Shown here in pieces: positions 49,728 through 60,500 of a DNA stretch of 64,000 nt. Position 1 is the stretch's first letter. Every line of letters starts with the position of its first letter. The translations under genes were made by a program, and so were the position numbers. The stretch is taken from the NCBI GenBank assembly GCA_002269645.1, contig NIVC01000023.1:124001-188000 (forward strand). The letters run 5' to 3'. The notes beneath the pieces were generated by a model. That model saw only the letters and a program-made list of their open reading frames with translations. It was not told the DNA's origin and made no database searches. This stretch comes from Macrostomum lignano. Taxonomy: Eukaryota.

Positions 49728-50207
49728 ATGTCACCTAATGGCATAAACTTGCATGCCCCAGCAATGTCCCTACCAGGATTAGCTCGCGCCAGATTTGCAC
49801 TGACTAGTTTAATAAACCAGCTGTCAATCAGATTCTTTCCGCCATCGTTTAGTCCAGCCCTGGCTGCTGTAACGGACTCTCCCTGTGCCCAGCATCCGCT
49901 GCCAGTTATTAATCTCAAAGACGAGCAAATTCGTCTGGCTGTGCCGAAACGACGGCGAACAATCGAAACTCGAGCTACCAGGCGAATCACGCGGTTTGCT
50001 AACATTGTTGTGCCGATGATGGCTACTGCTAGGGTGGTGTCCTGTCCCAGCTGTGGGAACAGGCACGAGCGTGGCGTGCTGTGCCCGCTCTGTTATGAGC
50101 GAATCCGGGATGGCACTGATCAACAGAACGGCAGTGTCGGTTGCGAGTCTGATGGAACGGCAGCACCGCATTCTAGCGCTGACACCGTTTCTGGAAGCAA
50201 AAACTAA
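49728..50207 (+). CDS. MRPL32: Mitochondrial ribosomal protein bL32m, intronless
   Basis: Presequence-like N-terminus, LAVPKRRRTIETRATRR motif and zinc ligands CPSCG...LCPLCYERIR. The start could be 49728 or 49764. Confidence 0.88.
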   Translation: MSPNGINLHAPAMSLPGLARARFALTSLINQLSIRFFPPSFSPALAAVTDSPCAQHPLPVINLKDEQIRLAVPKRRRTIETRATRRITRFANIVVPMMATARVVSCPSCGNRHERGVLCPLCYERIRDGTDQQNGSVGCESDGTAAPHSSADTVSGSKN

Positions 50208-50329
50208 AGACCCATTTTATATGCGTTCTGTTGCATTCATATCTGCTTTGTTATACTGGTTGTAAAATAAAATAAACAGCATATTTGGGTTTTAAAGGTT
50301 GATTTGTAAGATTATCACAGATTATTCAC

Positions 50330-50505
50330 TGAGACTATATGATTACTGCAGTTAGAACAAAGACTGTAGGTTATAGATCACCGAGACTATATGATTAGTG
50401 CAGTTAGAACAAAGACTGTAGGTTATAGATCACCGAGACTATATGATTAGTGCTGTTAGAACAAAGACTAGGTTATAAATCACTGAGACTATGATTAGTG
50501 CAGTT
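50330..50505. repeat. 52-bp tandem repeat, about 3.5 copies
   Basis: GAGACTATATGATT units start at 50331, 50383, 50435 and 50485. Confidence 0.9.
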
Positions 50506-51064
50506 AGAAGATTATATCTTAAACGTGCATGCCCTTCAATGGATCAGTACAAAGACTACTTCATCAAATGCTGTAATTGTAACAAAAGTGCAGTCCAAAT
50601 TCGGCAAATTAAGTACAAGAGTGGGCTATTTTTAATGATAGAAAAATTAATTTTTATAGCATTTTGTCATCTTCAAGTATATTATATTATATTGCATGAT
50701 TTCATTGCTGTTAAAGTCATATTTAATTAATAATTATAATTTCTTATGAAATGGCCGAAACAAATTTGCGCGATGATTATGAGCTGTCTTTTGCGCTCCT
50801 AGGAATTAAACAGAAAACTGTCTTCTCTTCAATATATTTATTCAATTTAGTAAAAATGACATTATGACAGTATCGCATCGCAGTAATGAATTCGTAGGAA
50901 AATTATGCTAGCATTATTGGAATTTTGATAACTTACTTTTAAATCTGTTCAGGTTAAAAGAGTTAAAGAGCTTAGACTTTTATTGTACACTAATTTGTGC
51001 ATTTGTACTTTTTGAATATAATTTAGTCATTTTTTACAAGCTAAGTACCTGCGCTGAAAGAGAA

Positions 51065-51560
51065 ATGGCTTCAGGGAACTGGTGTCGAAAGGGAACTGGT
51101 GCCAAAGGGAACTGGTGCTGAAAGGGAACTAGTGCCAAAGGGAACTGGTGCTGAAAGGGAACTGGTGCTGAAAGGGAACTGGTGCCAAAGGGAACTGGTG
51201 CTGAAAGGGAACTGGTGCCAAAGGGAACTGGTGCCAAAAAGGGAACTGGCGCTAAAGGCAACTATAGCATCAATGGAACTGGCGCCATAGGAAACTGGTG
51301 CCAAAGAGAACTGGTGCCAAAGGGAACTGGTGCCAAAAAGGGAACTGGCGCTAAAGGCAACTATAGCATCAATGGAACTGGCGCCATAGGAAACTGGCGC
51401 CAAAGGACGTGCCAAAGGGATTTGGCGCAAAAAAGATCTGGCGCCAAAAGGGAACTGGTGCCATAGAGAACTGGCGCCAAAAGGGGACTGGCGCCATAGA
51501 CTGGCGCCAAAAGGGAACTGGCGCCATAAAGAACTGGCGCCAAAAGGGAATCGGAGCCAA
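51065..51560. repeat. Degenerate AAGGGAACTGGTGCCA/GGCGCCA minisatellite
   Basis: Repeated 16-20-bp units with a higher-order duplication around 51215-51395. Confidence 0.92.
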
Positions 51561-51647
51561 ACAAAAGGAAGGTCGGCAGCAATGAAAAAGTGAAATAAAT
51601 GCTAGCATTTGGCTTTAGATAAGCCCTGTTAGAACTAAGAGAACTCA

Positions 51648-52031
51648 TCAGTCCTGCGACCAGCGCTTCCTGGGATCCCTGGGTGCTCCGTTCCTCCAGG
51701 AGAAGCGCAGTAGCGCCCAGCTGGCCCGCAGCCGCTTGTCCAGCTGGAACATGAGCAGCAGGATCGGCGGCGCGGTCAGGCAGAAGCCAGTCGCCACCAC
51801 GACCGGGTACCAGTCGAAACAGCTGGCACCGCGGGCGCTCGAGCAGACGTCCAAGAATGTTGGGAAAGTGATCAGAGTCCAGAATAGGACCACACCGGCT
51901 GATGTGTGACGCAGAGTTCTGGACACCTGCTCCCTGCTGCGTCTGTAGTCCAGGTACATCTGCAGCTGTCTGTCAGTGCTGTCCTTCAGTTGCTGCTGAG
52001 AGTCTTTCAATCCGCTGAATGAGACGCTCAT
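51648..52031 (-). CDS. Putative small two-TM protein, 127 aa (or terminal exon of a longer gene)
   Basis: GC-rich ORF with ACAATGA start context and two hydrophobic segments (AGVVLFWTLITFPTFLDVC; WYPVVVATGFCLTAPPILLLMF); an acceptor TTTGCTAG lies upstream. No family recognised. Confidence 0.55.
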   Translation of the reverse strand: MSVSFSGLKDSQQQLKDSTDRQLQMYLDYRRSREQVSRTLRHTSAGVVLFWTLITFPTFLDVCSSARGASCFDWYPVVVATGFCLTAPPILLLMFQLDKRLRASWALLRFSWRNGAPRDPRKRWSQD

Positions 52032-52454
52032 TGTTGCTGTTGTATTGCTTGCCCTGGGGACTGATATTAACCTAGCAAAACTTTTGGCGAAAAACTTGAA
52101 GAATGTGCTGTTTAAATATATTTCTTATATAACTCTACGTAGGTAGGTAGGTAGGAGGTACGTACGTAGGTAGATATAGCTCTTTTGACATTGTGCTTTT
52201 CGTTGCTTTTCTGCCTCATATCTTACTCAGTGATTACAAAAATGAACGCTCTTTGCTTGGCTCTGCTTTTATTCTAAGCCTGCTTGCGATAAGACTGACC
52301 GGTGTCTGCTCTGTCTGTCAGGTTGCTGGGATGGGCATTGGGTGAGCTCTGCTCATGCCATTTTTGTATTGTGCGTTACCTGTAACTGGCTGTACATGTG
52401 TGCAGAGCCTGTGTTCTGCCGTCTGTTTACTGGTTTAGTTGTAGGAATGTTATA

Positions 52455-52765
52455 GTGTCTGTCTGTATCTCTGTGTGTCTGTATCTCTGTGTGTCTGTAT
52501 CTCTGTGTGTCTGTGTCTGTCTGTTTGTGTCTGTCTGTATCTCTGTGTGTCTGCGTCTGTCTGTATCTGTCTGTCTGTGTCTGTCTGTATCTCTGTCTGT
52601 CTGTGTCTGTCTGTATCTCTATGTGTCTGTGTCTGTCCGCCTGTCTGAGTCTGTCTATTTTTATGTGTTTGTCTGCCTGTGTCTGTCCATCTGTCTGTCT
52701 GTCTGTCTGTCTGTCTGTGTGTCTGTCTGTCTATCTGTCTGTGTCTCTGTGTCTGTCTGTCTGAC

Positions 52766-52806
<41 letters not shown>

Positions 52807-53006
52807 GCCTGCCTGTGTGTGTGTGTCTGTCTGTGTGTCTATCTGTCTATGTGTCTGTCTGTCCGTCTGTCTGTCTGTCTGTCTGTGTCTCTGTGTCTGC
52901 CTGTCTGTGTCTGTCTGTCTGTCTGACTGTCTGTCTGTCTGTCTGTCTGCCTGCCTGTGTGTGTGTGTCTGTCTGTGTATCTATCTGTCTATGTGTCTGT
53001 CTGTCC

Positions 53007-53040
<34 letters not shown>

Positions 53041-53190
53041 GTCTCTGTGTCTGCCTGTCTGTGTCTGTCTGTCTGTCTGTCTGTGTGTGTGTCTGTCTAT
53101 CCGCCTGTCTGTCTGTCTGTCTGTCTGTCTGCCTGTCTGCCTGTCTGTCTGCCCGCCTGTCTGTCTGTCTGCCTGTGTATCTGCCTGTCG
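52455..53190. repeat. Compound (GTCT)n/(GT)n microsatellite
   Basis: Visible directly; gives C/L/S/V pseudo-ORFs. Confidence 0.97.
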
Positions 53191-54084
53191 CAGACAAAGT
53201 GATTTCACATCATCTGTATAAAACATAAGTAGCGAGAAGGCAATGAGAGGGCACGTAGCAATGATGCGTGGGCGTTCCCATTGTGAGATAGCTGACGTCA
53301 ATGCTCGCTAGCGATCTGTATTGTTCTCTGCTCACCAGGCATATCCTCAGTCTGTAGCTGAAGCCTCTATTCAAGTGCATACTTTTATTGTCATCTTTAA
53401 AAACCCTAAATTGAGCTATAGAATCAATACCGGTATTCTGTGCTAAAGTTAAAATATGATTTAAGAAAGTGCATTGTGAGACACCATATAACTAGAGCCA
53501 GACGGATCGGGAAAGAGTAGACTAATCAATTTTACTTAATCTGCTGCTCAATCAGTTATTATATATCAGGGCCTTACAAGTAGTTGCCAAGGCTATACAG
53601 CTCGTATGTATAATACTTGCACAGGTATAGTGTAGTATGCCCATGCATTATTGTTAGCGGCGCACTTATTGTTCAAAGTTTTTTTATTAAATAATTCATC
53701 TCTACCGGCTCTGGCTAGCCCCATTGTGGCAGTCTGCACGGCCCACGCTGGGGAACAATGGGGCACAGCTGAAGCAGTGTCGGCAGGGCTAGGGGAACAG
53801 ACGTGACTGCCTTTTATTTGAAGTTGAAGATCCGGTGTCTTTGTATAGTGGCCGCCAGATGGGGGAAGTGAGGCGCTACTATACGTGATGCCGTACAATA
53901 ATAATAGTGCTTCAAAATCACTCCGTAGCAACTGTAGAAACAGATTTCCCTATTGACTGTAATCGATTCTGAGGCTTGAATCAGTCAATTATATGATAAT
54001 ACATCAATTTTTATGAAACTTGTGGGTCCTGAGGTCATATGAAACTTGGTTTTACACTTATAGAGGGTCATGGCGGGTTTCTGT

Positions 54085-54217
54085 TAGAGGCAGGAAGCTA
54101 TTCCGTTGACACAAGCGCGCGGATACGTACGCAGTCATACGCACATGCCAACTGCACTTGGAATCGAACCTGGGCCGCTGGCACATGAAAGCGCCGTGCT
54201 AGACCACCTGGTCATAG
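54085..54217 (-). mobile_element. Internally deleted tRNA-SINE copy with a tRNA-Glu-like head
   Basis: The minus strand GACCAGGTGGTCTAGCACGGCGCTTTCATGTGCCAGCGGCCCAGGTTCGATTCCAAGTGCAG is joined directly to SINE body GTATGACTGCGTACGTATCCGCGCGCTTGTG. Confidence 0.75.
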
Positions 54218-54614
54218 TGTTGAGGGTACTAGAACACTATTCAATAGTTGCATTCGCCTGCACTACTCACTAGTAGGTCCAGTATTATACCCACTCATCG
54301 CTTAACTTCATTGGCCTGCATGCGGCCCTAAATTATATCTGACCAATCCCATGCACCCCTGAATAGAGTCTGTACTAGATAGACCATAAAACTGCTTGCC
54401 AAAAATACACTGCAACAATGCTGCCCATTTATATTTTGAGTAGCCTCAGCTGCTGCACCAACTTGAGCCTCTGAACACAGATATTGGCGCTGTTGTTCAC
54501 TAATTAGGGAAATTCTATCAAAATTCGAAATTCTAGGAGAATTTTCACACGGGTAAGTAATCATGTTTACCATTTTGTGCAGTAATTATATGAGTTACTT
54601 CTGACAGTGAGAGA

Positions 54615-55955
54615 TTGTGGCCTTCCCTCTGTCACACAGCAATGAGATGTCAATTCTTACGGTAGTGACTCTCCTCTGTCACACAGCAATGAGATGCCAT
54701 TCTTACAGTAGTGGCTCCTCTCTGTCACACAGCAATGAGATGCCATTCTTACGGTAGTGGCTCCTCTCTGTCACACAGCAATGAGATGCCATTCTTACAG
54801 TAGTGGCTCCTCTCTGTCACACAGCAATGAGATGCCATTCTTACAGTAGTGACTCCTCTCTGTCACACAGCAATGAGATGCCATTCTTACGGTAGTGACT
54901 CCTCTCTGTCACACAGCAATGAGATCCCATTCTTACGGTAGTGACTCCTCTCTGTCACACAGCAATGAGATGCCATTCTTACGGTAGTGACTCCTCTCTG
55001 TCACACAGCAATGAGATCCCATTCTTACGGTAGTGACTCCTCTCTGTCACACAGCAATGAGATGCCATTCTTACGGTAGTGACTCCTCTCTGTCACACAG
55101 CAATGAGATGCCATTCTTACGGTAGTGACTCCTCTCTGTCACACAGCAATGAGATGTCAATTCTTACGGTAGTGACTCCTCTCTGTCACACAGCAATGAG
55201 ATCCCATTCTTACGGTAGTGACTCCTCTCTGTCACACAGCAATGAGATGCCATTCTTACGGTAGTGACTCCTCTCTGTCACACAGCAATGAGATGCCATT
55301 CTTACAGTAGTGACTCCTCTCTGTCACACAGCAATGAGATGCCATTCTTACGGTAGTGACTCCTCTCTGTCACACAGCAATGAGATGCCATTCTTACGGT
55401 AGTGACTCCTCTCTGTCACACAGCAATGAGATGTCAATTCTTACGGTAGTGACTCCTCTCTGTCACACAGCAATGAGATGCCATTCTTACGGTAGTGACT
55501 CCTCTCTGTCACACAGCAATGAGATGCCATTCTTACGGTAGTGACTCCTCTCTGTCACACAGCAATGAGATGCCATTCTTACGGTAGTGACTCCTCTCTG
55601 TCACACAGCAATGAGATGCCATTCTTACGGTAGTGACTCCTCTCTGTCACACAGCAATGAGATGCCATTCTTACGGTAGTGACTCCTCTCTGTCACACAG
55701 CAATGAGATGCCATTCTTACGGTAGTGACTCCTCTCTGTCACACAGCAATGAGATGCCATTCTTACGGTAGTGACTCCTCTCTGTCACACAGCAATGAGA
55801 TCCCATTCTTACGGTAGTGACTCCTCTCTGTCACACAGCAATGAGATGCCATTCTTACGGTAGTGACTCCTCTCTGTCACACAGCAATGAGATGCCATTC
55901 TTACGGTAGTGACTCCTCTCTGTCACACAGCAGTGAGATGCCATTCTTACAGTAG
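54615..55955. repeat. 46-bp minisatellite (GACTCCTCTCTGTCACACAGCAATGAGATGCCATTCTTACGGTAGT)
   Basis: About 29 highly homogeneous units. Confidence 0.98.
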
Positions 55956-56290
55956 TGACTCCCTCCCGTCTGTCACATGAGTGGTCTATTGTCTCGGAAA
56001 GAAATTTTAGAGCTGTTTTGAACTAACATTTCCGTTTGATAGCAGCGAGTATAAAGAATTCCAGCTCACTGCACTGCTTACTCAAGTGATGTTTGATCTT
56101 GTCAATATCAGAGCAAGTACTGAATTCTGTCAGTCAGTTTAAACTGTCGGCCCCTGGGTTTAGTCGTCTGTTTATTCAAATGTCAATTGTTGACGGCATG
56201 CTTTAACTACTGCTTCTTCTATATTTTCTTATATTTTCAATCTTTTTCTACTTGTCTACAAATCTAGCTACCCACCTTAAATACCTACAT

Positions 56291-56750
56291 CAGAGGTTGG
56301 CTGACTCCGGCCCGCGGGTCACATGCGGCCCCTTGAAGCCTCTCTATCCGGCCGTCGTGTCCTCTGAAAGTTCACAATAGCCATCCAGACCGCTCAATGT
56401 TTGTGTCTTTTCTCAGCTCCATCCCTTCTCTCCTCTCTCCTCTCTCTCCAATCTACTCTCTCCCCTCCCCTCTACTCTCTCCCCTCTCCTCTTCCCTCTC
56501 TTCTCTCACCTCTCTTCTCTCTCCTCTCTCCACCCTCTCCCCTCTCCTCTCCCCTCTCTCCACTCCACTCTCTCCCCTCTCCCCTCTCTCCCCTCTCTCC
56601 CCTCTTCCCTTTCTCCCTTCTCTTCTTTTTCTCTCGTCTTCTCTTCTCTTCTCTCATTTATTCTCTCTCCTTTCCACTCTCATATTACCAGCAGCCATGA
56701 GCTGGATTTTTTATCCGCCCCTTGAGGTAAAAAAGTTTGCCGACCCCTGA
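56291..56750. mobile_element. Non-autonomous hAT (Charlie/MER58-like) element containing a CT-rich tract
   Basis: The right end GTTTGCCGACCCCTG is the reverse complement of CAGGGGTCGGCAAAC; the left end is CAGAGGTTGGCTGACTCCGGCCCGCGGG. 8-bp TSD ACCTACAT/ACCTACAC. Confidence 0.8.
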
Positions 56751-56759
56751 CCTACACGT

Positions 56760-57170
56760 TTGTCTATTAATTTTTACCTTCTAATCTGCTTTAAAACGTA
56801 CCTAGCTTCCTTAAATCCTTATATTTACCTTACTAATTATTTAAATACTCTACCTACCTACCTAGTTACCTCCTGTCTACCCACATAGTTATCTAACTAC
56901 CAGAGTATCGAGTTACCTATCTATCTGACATACCTTGGTTACCTGGCTACTTTAGCTCGTACTAATCTATCTACCTAACTAATCTACCTACCTATCTACT
57001 AATCTACCTATCAATCAATCTACGCACCCACAAATCTACCTACCTACCTACTAATTTACCTACCAATCAATCTATGTATATGTACCAACTGATCTACCTA
57101 CCTATCTTCCAATCCACCTACCAATCTATTTACCTACACTCAAGGGATCCACCTACCTACCTACCTGGTA
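56760..57170. repeat. Degenerate (CTAC/CTAT)n tract
   Basis: Visible directly. Confidence 0.85.
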
Positions 57171-57568
57171 GTTAATTTTTCTTTCTAACATTTCTTAATC
57201 CTCATCCATCAAATCCCGTCCCTTCGAGTCCCAGCTCCCTGTTCTCCATCATTAATGCTAATTAACCACTACTCCACTCGCATCCTTTCCCACCCCGCTG
57301 GTAGGCAGCGGGGGTCCCGGACTTTCTCCCCTCTCCCATTCTCACCCCTCCTCTCAAATCCTTCCTTTGTTTTCATAGCTTCATTTTTGAGCCTATCTGC
57401 CTGTCTGTCTGTTTGCACAAGTGTCCTTTCCCATCCACTTTCCCCGCGGGTGACTGACACAAACTCACTCACGGGATTTCCATAGCTACACTGAGGAAAA
57501 AAGTATGCATATCTCCTATATCGACTCCCTTACTACCGTGACAGGACTGGCTAGCCAAGAAGATCGGA

Positions 57569-60500
57569 ATGGTTGCTGCCCCCGTTGCTAGGCAGTTGCT
57601 ATCCGTTGCAGCGGCAATTCTCATTGTCCAATTGTCCGCTGCATCCCCGACAACGGGTATTGCAGCTTCATCAACGAAAAGCCATGGCTGCTCGGATGTA
57701 TCTGGTAGAACTGCTCGTCTCAATTCAATGGTTTTAGCTAGCGAGTGTAAGTGCCTCTGAGTATTGGCTGCTTGTGCCTGAGAATGTTCTCAATGTTTGT
57801 ATTATAGACTCTGGAATGCTGTTTGAGTTCTATATGTTATTGCTTTTGGGAGCATTGATGTTCTTATACAGTTATCTGAAATCTTGCAATGCCAGGTGCT
57901 ATGATGCTCATTCTAGATAGTCATTCTAGATGGCCACTCCAGATCGTCACTTCAGATGGTCACTCTACGAGTAGATGGTGACTCCAGATGGTCACTCCAG
58001 ATGGTCACTCCAGATGGTCACTCCAGATGGTCACTCCAGATGGTCACTCTAGATGGCCACTCCAGATGGTCACTCAAGTAGATGATCACTCCAGATAGTC
58101 ACTCTAGTATCATTCCAGGTGGTCACAATAGAGTCACACTAGATAGTTACTCAAGTAGATGGTGACTCCAGATGGTCACTCCAGATGGTCACTCCAGATG
58201 GTCACTCCAGATGGTCACTCCAGATGGTCACTCCAGATGGTCACTCCAGATGGTCACTCCAGATGGTCACTCTAGATGGCCACTCCAGATGGTCACTCAA
58301 GTAGATGATCACTCCAGATAGTCACTCTAGTATCATTCCAGGTGGTCACAATAGAGTCACACTAGATAGTTACTCAAGTAGATGGTGACTCCAGATGGTC
58401 ACTCTAGATGGCCACTCCAGATGGTCACTCAAGTAGATGATCACTCCAGACAGTCACTCTAGTATCACTCCAGGTGGTCACAATAGATAGTCACACCAGA
58501 TAGTTACTCAAGTAGATGGTGACTCGAGGTCGAGCAAATGATCACTCCAGATCAGTCACTCCAGATCAATCACACCAAAGAGTCACTCCATCCGTTCCAC
58601 CGTAAACTTTGTTCGCATTCGCAGATGTGGGCGGTTCCCTGATGCCCTACACCAGAGCCACCGTGACCATAGACGGTGTGCCGGGACTGCACCAGGGCAC
58701 AGGTCCAGAATTTGTCGGATCAACAGAGCAGCTGACTGGAGACAAAGCTGCAGGCTCCGATGCTTTCCCACTGTTATTGAATCTCTCGGGTCTGAGATGC
58801 CTGTGCACTTACAGCTCTGTTGGAGCTTTTAGCAACTGTTCCGAGTAAGTAGCGAGATGAAGGGACAAGAGATGAAGGGACTAGAGATGAAGGGACAAGA
58901 GATGAAGGGACAAGAGATGAAGGGACAAGAGATGAAGGGACAAGAGATGAAGGGACTAGAGATGAAGGGACAAAGATGAAGGGACGAAGATAAAGGGACA
59001 AAGATGAAGGGACAAAGATGAAGGGACAAAGATGAAGGGACAAAGATGAAGGGACAAAGATGAAGGGACAAAGATGAAGGGACGACGATAAAGGGACAAA
59101 GATGAAGGGACAAAGATGAAGGGACAAAGATGAAGGGACAAAGATGAAGGGACGACGATAAAGGGACAAAGATGAAGGGACGAAGATAAAGGGACAAAGA
59201 TGAAGGGACGAAGATAAAGGGACAAAGATAAAGGGACAAAGATGAAGGGACGACGATAAAGGGACAGAGATGAAGGGACAAAGATGAAGGGACGAAGATA
59301 AAGGGACAAAGATAAAGGGACAAAGATGAAGGGACGAAGATAAAGGGACAGAGATGAAGGGACAAAGATGAAGGGACGAAGATAAAGGGACGACGATAAA
59401 GGGACAAAGATAAAGGGACAAAGATGAAGGGACGAAGATAAAGGGACGAAAGATATAGGGACAGAGATGAAGGCACAGAGATGAAGGGACATGCTTTAAC
59501 TTGCAAGAAATTGGACAAACTAAATTGCAGTTTTTCCACTCCGGAACCGCCTTGGCCAGCCGCTGACAATTGTCAGTGGCATCTGACAAGCGGCGGTCAG
59601 CTAGTTGAAACTGACATCTCTAACCAAAATTTCACCTGCTTGGATCGGGCGACAACGTCCGTGAGCAATCCGGATCAGTTTTGGCCGAAAGTTTCGTCGG
59701 TCAACAATGATTTTGGATTCGACAACACTCTGTTTATAAAGTACAGCTACTCCGCTGTGCAGTGTAAGATCGTCAATGAGTCTGTTTTGCTTCAATATCG
59801 AGTCAGTAAGCTTGGAGATCTAGTGATTAGGGTTGGAGATCTAGTGATTAGGGTTGGAGATCTAGTGATTAGGGTTGGAGATCTAGTGATTAGGGTTGGA
59901 GATCTAGTGATTAGGGTTGGAGATCTAGTGATTAGGGTTGGAGATCTAGTGATTAGGGTTGGAGATCTAGTGATTAGGGTTGGAGATCTAGTGATTAGGG
60001 TTGGAGATCTAGTGATTAGGGTTGGAGATCTAGTGATTAGGGTTGGAGATCTAGTGATTAGGGTTGGAGATCTAGTGATTAGGGTTGGAGATCTAGTCAT
60101 TAGGGTTGGAGATCTAGTGATTAGGGTTGGAGATCTAGTCATTAGGGTTGGAGATCTAGTGATTAGGGTTGGAGATCTAGTCATTAGGGTTGGAGATCTA
60201 GTGATTAGGGTTGGAGATCTAGTCATTAGGGTTGGAGATCTAGTGATTAGGGTTGGAGATCTAGTCATTAGGGTTGGAGATCTAGTGATTAGGGTTGGAG
60301 ATTTAGTCATTAGGGTTGGAGATCTAGTCAGTAAGTTTGGAGATCTAGTCATTAAGGTTGGAGATCTAGTCATTAAGATCAGAGATCTAGTCATTAAGGT
60401 TGGAGATCTAGTCATTGGGGTTGGAGATCTAGTCAGTAAGTTTGGAGATCTAGTCAGTAAGTTTGGAGATCTAGTCATTAAGGTTGGTGATCTAGTCATT

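Noticed and set aside
52398-53301. Cys/Leu/Ser/Val-rich and QTDR-rich ORFs
   Set aside because: Translations of (GTCT)n/(GT)n microsatellite.
53718-53764. 10-bp-stem hairpin GCCCCATTGT...ACAATGGGGC and nearby 112-aa ORF
   Set aside because: A single short stem could arise by chance; I could not fit a ribozyme, SECIS or snoRNA pattern, and the ORF has no motif.
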